A stretch of 64,000 bases of DNA, taken from the NCBI GenBank assembly GCA_965277625.1, contig OZ255827.1, forward strand, positions 1,806,913 through 1,870,912, in the 5' to 3' direction. Position numbers and translations under genes: made by a program. Each line of letters starts with the position of its first letter. Within the stretch, counting starts at the first letter, position 1. Source of the stretch: Gammaproteobacteria bacterium (GTDB lineage Bacteria; Pseudomonadota; Gammaproteobacteria; CAKMZV01). Of this stretch, positions 51,911 through 59,911 are shown one piece after another. The notes under the pieces were generated by a model. It saw only the letters and a program-made list of their open reading frames with translations. It searched no databases and was not told the origin of the DNA.

Positions 51911-52175
51911 AGTGCAACCTCCTTATATTAACGATACACAGTTGTAGTTATGCTATGCATTATAGTTTATTGAAAAATATGACTTTGGTCAGGCTTTATT
52001 CTTATAGACAACGACACTTACTATAGGCAGGAATAGTCTTGATTCCGTGGATGTGCCAGCTATATGAAATACAAGTGTGAAACTTCCAGAGGGTATAAGA
52101 ATTTTGTAATCCTCGTTTTCAAGGTTAAAATCAAAAATAATTCTCTGCATATATCTATTTGAACTAATGGAATAA

Positions 52176-53372
52176 TCACTTTATTCCTCTTTTTAAGATT
52201 AGCTGAATTAAAAATAATATGGGTATGGTGGCAATAATCATTGAAACCATATTAGTTGAATTCCAACCAATAGTGCTCAGAAGGATGGAGGGAAGGAACG
52301 CACCGAATGTAGCAAATACAGCTATTGTTGTGTCGCAAATGCCTTGCCATTTTTGTTTGTTAGAGTTGTTCTGGATTGCAATAGTTAATAGTGAACTACC
52401 TCCAACATAGCTAAAATTCCAAGCAAGCCCCAAAACTATAAGGGACAGCATAATACTACTATACTCAACGACAAATATATTAATGACAAAGCTTAAGAAG
52501 AAGAGTAAAAATCCGATTAATAGAATTTTATGATGACCAAATTTGTTTATTAGAATGCCCGTGAAGAATGAAGGCAAAAACATAGCGACAACATGCCATT
52601 GAATAGCAATGGCAGAGTGGTTAAAGGATACTGCCATATGATTCATTTGCAATGAAGATTGAATCATAAGTAGATTCATTAATCCATACCCAATAGATGC
52701 GGATAAAACAGCCAAATAGAAGTTTACATTCAGTTTTTCTTGCCTATTTACATTAGACCTCTCTATTAAGATTTTTTCTTCTTTTGTGTCTGTTTGCTTC
52801 TTTGGAAGGAAATAAATAATAATGGCATTTGCTACGGCAAGAACAACAAGAAATCCATAGCACAAAGAAAATCTTGGAAATCCGTCTGTATCCTGTAATA
52901 GGATAGTAACAATAGGGCCTAATATACCAGCGATTACGCCTCCCGCAACTACTAAAGATAGTGCTTTCGATTTTAGTGTGTTTGGTAAATCATCTGTTAC
53001 AGCAAATCGGTAGTAATTTGCAAAGGCCGTAAACAAACCAATAAATCCGTGTGCGAAAATCAATAATAAAAAGCTTTTATAACTTAGGGCTAAATAGCCC
53101 GTGATTCCAGCAAGTAAAAGGAAAATAGTGCCTACAGTAAAGCCAAAATTTCTTCCTTTCTTTTTCATTAAAATAGCAGCTGGATATGTGCCCAAAAGTA
53201 AAAATGCAAATTGCAACCCGTAGGGTATCGTGCTGTAGATTGGATGCGTTGCCAAAATTCCACCAACCGTAGCAGCTACAGCTAGGGATATAACAGCTGA
53301 CATTAGATTTATGGATTGACATACGAAATACAGATAGACAGACTTTGGTAAATTTGTTGTTATGCCAAACAT
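52176..53372 (-). CDS. MFS transporter
   Basis: 12 TM, YRFA..D, KALSLV.AGG, IQWHVVAMFLPSFFTG, LGLAWNF..VGGS. Confidence 0.88.
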   Translation of the reverse strand: MFGITTNLPKSVYLYFVCQSINLMSAVISLAVAATVGGILATHPIYSTIPYGLQFAFLLLGTYPAAILMKKKGRNFGFTVGTIFLLLAGITGYLALSYKSFLLLIFAHGFIGLFTAFANYYRFAVTDDLPNTLKSKALSLVVAGGVIAGILGPIVTILLQDTDGFPRFSLCYGFLVVLAVANAIIIYFLPKKQTDTKEEKILIERSNVNRQEKLNVNFYLAVLSASIGYGLMNLLMIQSSLQMNHMAVSFNHSAIAIQWHVVAMFLPSFFTGILINKFGHHKILLIGFLLFFLSFVINIFVVEYSSIMLSLIVLGLAWNFSYVGGSSLLTIAIQNNSNKQKWQGICDTTIAVFATFGAFLPSILLSTIGWNSTNMVSMIIATIPILFLIQLILKRGIK

Positions 53373-53415
53373 CTAACTATCCATTCCAATTATTTTTATC
53401 TTAGGGAATATTTTT

Positions 53416-53664
53416 TTAATTTACATTTGATTGATATAACCAATGTATTATTCTGTAGTGTACGATTGCTTGAAAAGATGTGCTGTTTCTTGCTAAAGCA
53501 TCTAATGACTGACTAGCTGTAGGGTCTTTTTCATGAAATGCCTCTAAAACTTCTTGTATTTGAAATAGAACTTCTTCAAATATATCTTCGACCAAATTAA
53601 TAAGTTTCTGATGCAAGCGCTGATAAATAGTAACCTTTGCAAGCAGATAAACTGCTTGTTCCAT
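53416..53664 (-). pseudogene. Serine acetyltransferase-like N-terminal fragment
   Basis: LEAFHEKDPTA...SFQAIVHYRIIHWLY resembles the CysE N-domain; the hexapeptide beta-helix is missing. Confidence 0.5.
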
Positions 53665-53895
53665 GATATTTATCTTATGCTTGATTAATTGAATTAAAGC
53701 ACTATATCATAGTTCTTCTTAAATATTGTGACATGCTTTTTTATAATACAAAAAGCTCTGCACAACTAAGTCGTCAGAAACTTGTTTAAGAATGATAACG
53801 TCTCAAATCTGGTTAAATCGATATTTCCATTGGCTTCTTTATGAGAGAGTGTGGTTCAAACACAACGAAGCGAAAGTCGTCGATTCCTCCCAGAC

Positions 53896-53925
53896 GACCA
53901 TTTTCCTGGCGCCGGGAAAATGGTC
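53896..53925. repeat. 30-bp near-perfect palindrome
   Basis: GACCATTTTCC-TGGCGCCG-GGAAAATGGTC. Confidence 0.85.
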
Positions 53926-54023
53926 TGTAACCTAATGCATACTGACTTAACAGGTCAAGAATTTAAACGATTATTGGAAGAAAGCGCCCCTTTAAGTGTG
54001 ACACTTAGGGGGAAGATTACAAT

Positions 54024-54752
54024 TTAGTATTTCCAATTTTCATGGGCTAATGGCGCTTGATTTAACTCTTTCTTAATAGTCCGCCATTGCGGCAGAATAC
54101 GATCCATGTGAGACACAAATTGATCATTATGGGTGCGTTCTAAAAAATGAACCATTTCATGGACGACAATGTACTCAATGCAGTTTATCGGCTTTTTTAT
54201 AAGCTCTAAATTAAGCCATATTCTCTTAGGTATAGGATTGCAACTTCCCCATTTTGTTTTCATTCTTTTGATACCGTAGGCGTTTACCTGTAGCCCAGAT
54301 ATAGTCTCCCACTTTCTAATAATACTGGGTAAAATTTGCTTCAGTTCCTTTCGATACCAGTGTAAAAGCAGTTTTTCGCGCTCCTCTAACCCCGTATCCT
54401 TATTGATACTCAATACCAGTGTTTTTTTATTCCTAATTTCGATGAAGGGACGTTTTTCGGTATAAACAATGTCTAACAAATATCTACGGCCAAGGTAATA
54501 GTGGCTCTCTCGAGTGATTAACTCTCTTACACTTTGCCTTGATTGATCTGCAAATGACTTTATTTGACGTTTGATCCAACCAAATTTTGAGATGATTGCC
54601 ATTCTTACTGCTTCATCATCAATAATTTCTGGAACTGCGATCCTAACCGACCCTTCAGGTGGATAGACTGCCAAGTGTAGGTTCTTTATTTTCTTTCGGA
54701 TAACCTTCACAGCTAATCCATTTACGGTCATTGTGCTCTCATTAATATTCAC
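54024..54752 (-). CDS. YgjP/DUF45 M48-type metallopeptidase associated with type I R-M
   Basis: KNLHL.VYPP, MKTKWGSC, YIVVHEMVH (HEXXH). Confidence 0.88.
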   Translation of the reverse strand: MNINESTMTVNGLAVKVIRKKIKNLHLAVYPPEGSVRIAVPEIIDDEAVRMAIISKFGWIKRQIKSFADQSRQSVRELITRESHYYLGRRYLLDIVYTEKRPFIEIRNKKTLVLSINKDTGLEEREKLLLHWYRKELKQILPSIIRKWETISGLQVNAYGIKRMKTKWGSCNPIPKRIWLNLELIKKPINCIEYIVVHEMVHFLERTHNDQFVSHMDRILPQWRTIKKELNQAPLAHENWKY

Positions 54753-57700
54753 TTTGATTTTTCACTATCTCAAAAGTTTTATTTACGATGAGTTCAAGAT
54801 CAAGAGGTTTGTAACCTTCATAAATATGTTTATCATCAGCTTGATTCAAAAAGTAATTCACTATCACCTCATTGATTTTTTGTTTTATTTCTTTCTCTTT
54901 TAAAAAATTTCCTCGCCAACTGTCCTTTTTGGTATCTTTCACAACTGCATCAACTTTAAGAGCAAGTTTTTCATCTTCGTCCAAGTTGTCATAGAGCGAT
55001 TTTTGGGCAGGTGAATTTAAGGATGAGGGGTAAGAGCCATTCATTTCTGAGCCTAATACTTTCTCTGATAATTCAACGATTCTCTTCAAATAATCTTTAT
55101 ATTCGAGCGCCTGCTCTTTACGCTCCTGAATGAGTGCTTCAAGCAACTCTGACAGCTTGTCAAAGTACTTAGGATTAACGGGTTGCTCGTCAATGATGAC
55201 TTTACGAATATTGTTCTCAATGGTCTCTGCAACGGCCTCATTGCTATTTCGAATGCCTTCAGGCAATTCATTGATTGCAGATTCTCCACGCTTTACAATC
55301 AGCTTAATAAGGCTAAGATCATCAAAAGCCGATATTTTTTGGCTTTCTTCCGCTCGGATATATGAGTCAATTAGATGGCGCATAGCAGGTTCATACACCT
55401 TCAGGTCTATGTAATCACCGCTGGCCATTTTAACTTCGGTTCGCACGCTCTCGTAATGTTGAACTTCAACTTTAATCGCCTCAATTTCTTCTGGGTGATA
55501 GCCAGCCTCTGCCATTTCATTAGCCAAAGCGGCATAAGCACGTATAAAAGAAGCGCTATGCTTGTAAAGAACTAATCTGCGAGATTCATTGTCTTTCAAA
55601 GCATCTTTATCAGACGTATCCTTTGCACAAAAATACCGAATATAGGCAACTGTATCTTTTGGTAGAGCAACATTATCACAGAGAGCTTTTACTGTTTCAC
55701 GTGTCTCATCCAAGCGTTCTTTCGCTTTGGTTAAGCGATCTTTAAGCAATCCAGCAACATCTTCTTGATCGTACTGATCAAATGCCTCAGAGGTATAGTC
55801 TCGAACTGAGTTTTCCAAACTTTTGAACAAATCCTTGTAATCAATAATGTAGCCATATTCTTTGTCTTCACCATCCAAACGATTAACTCGGCAAATTGCT
55901 TGAAAAAGTCCATGATCTTGCATTTTTTTGTCAATGTAAAGGTAAGTGGCGGATGGTGCATCAAAACCCGTTAGCAATTTATCAACGACAATCAACAAAC
56001 GCATCTGACCAGGATCATTGATAAACTGTTGCTTAACCTTGTGTTCAAATTCTGCTACACGATTGACTGCTTGATCTGCTGGTTCACCAAAATGATTAGC
56101 TAACATATTGCGGTAAATAGCATATTTTCGCAGTTCCTCTGTAGAGCCTTCACCACTCTCCTCATTCTTTATCTGTTGAGGTGAGGGTTTGTATGAGGTA
56201 ACAATGGCACACTTACCAGAAAGGTCGGTTGTACTAAAAAATTCAAAGTATTTGCACGCTTGATAAATACTACCAGAAACTAACATGGCATTCCCACGAC
56301 CATCGGCGAGACGATCCCGTGTTCCTAGGTCTAATAAGATATCCTTACCAATCATATCGAGGCGGGATTGGGAGCTGAGGACCTTTTGCATGGTACCCCA
56401 TTTTTTCTTCAACTGAGCACGCGCATAGTCATTTAATCCTTTTGTTTTGGCTTCAAACCACAAATCAATCTTATCTGGAGCCGAAATTATTTGATCAATA
56501 TCCCTCGCCTCATAGCGCAAATCCACTATCACGCCATCTTTAACAGCTTCATCAAATTTATAAGTATGAATATATGGGCCAAAGACTTCAAGGCTCCTCT
56601 GTTTGTATTTCTTCAATAATGGTGTCCCAGTGAAACCAACAAATATGGCATTTGGTAAAATCTTTTTCATGGCCGAATGCAATTTGCCCGATTGGGTTCG
56701 GTGGCACTCATCTACAAATACATAAACATCACCCTTCGCCTCGAAGTTAGACATCATGTTATTGTTAATTTCTTCCATGAATTTATCGATATCCTTATCA
56801 GATAATTCGTCACTATCTGAACCACCAAACTTATGGATAAGCGAGCAGATCAGCCATTGATCGGTTCTATTGAGTGTATGAACAAGATCCATACCGCTGT
56901 TTGTGCGATAAATATCTTCATTTACCCCTCGGAAAACTTTTTCGATCTGTTCGTCCAATTCAATTCGGTCAGTAATGATAAGAACACGTGAATCCCTGAC
57001 ATTTTCTCGCATCCATTTGGCCAACCAGACCATGATCAGACTCTTACCCGAACCTTGTGTGTGCCAGATAATACCACCTTGACGGTGACGAATACAATTC
57101 TGCGCTTTCTTAACGCCGAAGTATTGGTTCTGGCGACAAGTTTTTTTCACACCAGCATCAAACACGATGAAATCGTGGATCAATTCAAGTAATCGATCTT
57201 TCTTGCACATTAATGATAAATGTTGATCCAGTTTATAGTTGCCAATGCCACCATCCTCTTTCCACTCCAAATAATATTTTTCACTTGTTTCAATGGTTCC
57301 GTAACGCAAGCCTTGCGTGTCATTGCCAGCCATCACCAGCTGCATGGTGGTAAAGAAAGGACGAATAAAATCTTTACGCTGGTTAAGTAAATTTTGTCTA
57401 ATGCCTTCAGTCAGACCCACAATGGATCGCTTTAGCTCAATGACACCAATGGCAATACCGTTTAGATACAGAATAATATCTGGGCGCTTGATACTCTGAA
57501 CCTCTATCGTGACCTCTTCGGCAATGGCAAAGTGATTGTTGTCAGGATTTTTCCAATCAATTAGCCAGACTGTCTGATTTTGCTCCCCAACATCCTCTTT
57601 GACTTTGATACCATATCGTAATAAGCCATATACTTCCTTATTGGCATCATAAAGGTTTTGACCATCCCCCAATGCAGCAGCTCGATCAAGCTCACGCACG

Positions 57701-57927
57701 GCGCGTTTAACCAACTTATCACTATAACCTTGTTTTTTTAAAAATGGCGTCAGTAGGCTTAGCTCGATATTCTGATTATTATCGCGGTCTTTCCAATCAC
57801 CCAGATACTCGTAACCAAGCTGATCTTTGAACAGTTTTATAATACGATTCTGAGTTTCACGTTCTTTTGCGCCGACCTTACTCTTCAATTGAGAATTGTG
57901 AGTGGATAATGGATAATTATTTTGCAT
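54742..57927 (-). CDS. hsdR: Type I restriction enzyme R subunit
   Basis: RPDIILYLNG...IELK nuclease motif, WHTQGSGKS, DECHR, GFTGTP, LLTGFDAP, QAICRVNR. Confidence 0.96.
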   Translation of the reverse strand: MQNNYPLSTHNSQLKSKVGAKERETQNRIIKLFKDQLGYEYLGDWKDRDNNQNIELSLLTPFLKKQGYSDKLVKRAVRELDRAAALGDGQNLYDANKEVYGLLRYGIKVKEDVGEQNQTVWLIDWKNPDNNHFAIAEEVTIEVQSIKRPDIILYLNGIAIGVIELKRSIVGLTEGIRQNLLNQRKDFIRPFFTTMQLVMAGNDTQGLRYGTIETSEKYYLEWKEDGGIGNYKLDQHLSLMCKKDRLLELIHDFIVFDAGVKKTCRQNQYFGVKKAQNCIRHRQGGIIWHTQGSGKSLIMVWLAKWMRENVRDSRVLIITDRIELDEQIEKVFRGVNEDIYRTNSGMDLVHTLNRTDQWLICSLIHKFGGSDSDELSDKDIDKFMEEINNNMMSNFEAKGDVYVFVDECHRTQSGKLHSAMKKILPNAIFVGFTGTPLLKKYKQRSLEVFGPYIHTYKFDEAVKDGVIVDLRYEARDIDQIISAPDKIDLWFEAKTKGLNDYARAQLKKKWGTMQKVLSSQSRLDMIGKDILLDLGTRDRLADGRGNAMLVSGSIYQACKYFEFFSTTDLSGKCAIVTSYKPSPQQIKNEESGEGSTEELRKYAIYRNMLANHFGEPADQAVNRVAEFEHKVKQQFINDPGQMRLLIVVDKLLTGFDAPSATYLYIDKKMQDHGLFQAICRVNRLDGEDKEYGYIIDYKDLFKSLENSVRDYTSEAFDQYDQEDVAGLLKDRLTKAKERLDETRETVKALCDNVALPKDTVAYIRYFCAKDTSDKDALKDNESRRLVLYKHSASFIRAYAALANEMAEAGYHPEEIEAIKVEVQHYESVRTEVKMASGDYIDLKVYEPAMRHLIDSYIRAEESQKISAFDDLSLIKLIVKRGESAINELPEGIRNSNEAVAETIENNIRKVIIDEQPVNPKYFDKLSELLEALIQERKEQALEYKDYLKRIVELSEKVLGSEMNGSYPSSLNSPAQKSLYDNLDEDEKLALKVDAVVKDTKKDSWRGNFLKEKEIKQKINEVIVNYFLNQADDKHIYEGYKPLDLELIVNKTFEIVKNQSEY

Positions 57928-57990
57928 TGTTATAACTTTTGAGAATTGAGAGCACTCAATTGAGAATGGATAATGGAGTATTGATAATGA
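57887..57990 (+). repeat. Two degenerate heptamer arrays (ATKGAKA) at the hsdS/hsdR junction
   Basis: ATTGAGA ATTGTGA GTGGATA ATGGATA (57888-57915); TTTGAGA ATTGAGA gcactca ATTGAGA ATGGATA ATGGAGT ATTGATA ATGA (57938-57990). Confidence 0.85.
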
Positions 57991-58018
57991 TTTGTAAGGG
58001 TTGTAATGAACTCTTTCT

Positions 58019-59911
58019 TCATGGCGTGTAATGTCCGAATAAATCTAAAGATTTGTCTATAGCCTTTTGAATATTGGCATCTGAAAACAGCTCCTTAGAA
58101 AGTTTTTTATTCCATTCTTTATTGGATTGAAGAACATTTTTAATTTGAGAAACTGTAACTTTCCTATTTTGTTCTCTTAGGTCTTGCATTGCCATATCAA
58201 CAGTAGTCCATAACTCCAATCGTTCATTCGTGGTAAACCTAAACCGTTCTAACCAATCAAGCGATTTAATCTCAAACCATTTATCAAAATATTTTTTTGC
58301 CTCATCAATGTCGTTTCCAGCGATGAATCCCTTATTTTTTACGTTCACGTATTTTTTATTTATAGAAATTGTTTCAGCACCTCCATATCTAGTCTGAGGA
58401 TAGTAAGGCCCTGCCACTTTTTTAAGATATTGTTCGGTGTTTTGTTGAACACAACGGCGTAAGAGATAAGAAAATTTAGTATAACGAAAACGATGTAGTG
58501 GATATTGTTCGGAACCAAACCTGTCAGCAAGCACTGCAATAATAACTGCATCTTCAAAATGTATATTATGTTTAGTCTTTGACATTTGTGCTTGCATGGC
58601 AGGTTGAATCAATCGGGTTTTTCCAGTCAAAAGTTCCTGCATCATTCCAGTTTTGAGACTACGGTCCTTTTCTAGGCGTTGCTCAAGAGCATCAATTTCG
58701 TAATCCATGTCGGAGAGAACACTCGCAATCGCCTTCTGCTCCTCTAGCTTTGGCACATCAACCTGAAGCCTCGCAATGTCTTTTTTAGAAAACTCTAGAA
58801 AAGTAGAGCCGATAGAAAATTGCAAAAATTTATCTTTTAAGGTCAGCACCTTGTAATACATAAATTCATTGTCTACAGCATTGCAGACTAAGGACTTAAA
58901 CCCTTGGTTAGTTGCAATTTTTGTGTTGGCGATTTTAACTTCACCAATGGTAGCTCTGCTGCATAGTAATAGACTGCCTACTGGCAATATATTTGCAGTA
59001 CTTTTAGAGAGGCCAAGAGAAGTAATATTTCGATTAGTCTTGTCAATATACTTACCTGAGGTTCCAGTAATATCTGAAGGGGTACACCAAGGTATATGCC
59101 CTTTAAACCAAAAAGCAGTACTTGAAGTGGACGGCGTTCCTCCACTAACAATTTCACATAGAGAAGAAATGGGCATTACATCCCAATCCTCTGGAATAAT
59201 CCCAATATTCGTTTGTTTATAACCTTTTGAAGCATTAAAACCTTGCAGGCGTTTTTTACCAGTGAGGAGTTGTTGCATGGTAGCGGTTTTCATATCGCGC
59301 TTCTTGGCGATCAATTTTTCAAGGCTATCAATCAGCCCATCCACATCCGACAATGCCGCCGCAATCGCCTGCTGCTCATCAAAATTCGGTAGTTTTACTG
59401 GAAAAGTTTTTAAGTCAGTGCCATAGAGGTGATAAACTGTTGTACCGGAAATTCTTTTCATTACCTCTTCTTTGTTTAATCTAATTAAGTAACTTAAGAA
59501 AACCCCATTAACCTTTTTCCGTTCTTTAGCCCTGATTATTAAAACATCTCCACCTAGAATTACCCCATCTTGATTGATACAACTGGCTTTAGCCAAACCG
59601 TTTGGTGTCACATCTGAAGTCGGCATAAGGACATCATTTGATTTAGACAAAACTGATTCTGACTTGTTTTGGTATGTTCTTGATTTTATTTCTGTTATTT
59701 TTTCGAGGTAATGAGTAAACAATTCTCCATAATGGAGGCATTTATAGGGAGCATCATCAAATATCACTGATTTAGGCAGCTTTTTTCCTTTAAGGAAGTC
59801 AAAAAGATCACCTAATTCATATTCCTTCCACTCCTCTGAATTGAACCCAAAATCAGTCTTTTTGAATTGATGATTTTCTTCATTATCCATTTTCAATTCT
59901 CCATTCTCCAT
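58019..59911 (-). CDS. hsdS: Type I R-M specificity subunit with ~195-aa C-terminal extra domain
   Basis: Two TRD and conserved-helix units (EQQAIAAALSD...MQQLLTGKKRL; EQKAIASVLSD...MQELLTGKTRL), then an extension; TAATG overlap with hsdM. Confidence 0.93.
   Translation of the reverse strand: MENGELKMDNEENHQFKKTDFGFNSEEWKEYELGDLFDFLKGKKLPKSVIFDDAPYKCLHYGELFTHYLEKITEIKSRTYQNKSESVLSKSNDVLMPTSDVTPNGLAKASCINQDGVILGGDVLIIRAKERKKVNGVFLSYLIRLNKEEVMKRISGTTVYHLYGTDLKTFPVKLPNFDEQQAIAAALSDVDGLIDSLEKLIAKKRDMKTATMQQLLTGKKRLQGFNASKGYKQTNIGIIPEDWDVMPISSLCEIVSGGTPSTSSTAFWFKGHIPWCTPSDITGTSGKYIDKTNRNITSLGLSKSTANILPVGSLLLCSRATIGEVKIANTKIATNQGFKSLVCNAVDNEFMYYKVLTLKDKFLQFSIGSTFLEFSKKDIARLQVDVPKLEEQKAIASVLSDMDYEIDALEQRLEKDRSLKTGMMQELLTGKTRLIQPAMQAQMSKTKHNIHFEDAVIIAVLADRFGSEQYPLHRFRYTKFSYLLRRCVQQNTEQYLKKVAGPYYPQTRYGGAETISINKKYVNVKNKGFIAGNDIDEAKKYFDKWFEIKSLDWLERFRFTTNERLELWTTVDMAMQDLREQNRKVTVSQIKNVLQSNKEWNKKLSKELFSDANIQKAIDKSLDLFGHYTP
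59876..59911 (-). repeat. Heptamer array forming the first codons of hsdS, inverted relative to the 57887-57990 arrays
   Basis: Minus strand ATGGAGA ATGGAGA ATTGAAA ATGGATA ATGAAGA = MENGELKMDNEE. Confidence 0.85.

Noticed and set aside
53875-53900. TCGATTCCTCCC...ACCA as a duplicated tRNA 3' end (attR)
   Set aside because: Too divergent from the tRNA-Leu end TTCGACTCCGGCCCCGGGCACCA
57887-57990. Heptamer arrays as CRISPR or DnaA boxes (AGTGGATAA)
   Set aside because: No repeat-spacer structure or cas genes; the DnaA-box resemblance is a by-product of the heptamer and there is no dnaA context
58549-58576. dif-like sequence (TGTATA-TTATGTTTAGT)
   Set aside because: The XerC arm does not match, it lies inside the hsdS coding frame, and the skew polarity is not terminus-like
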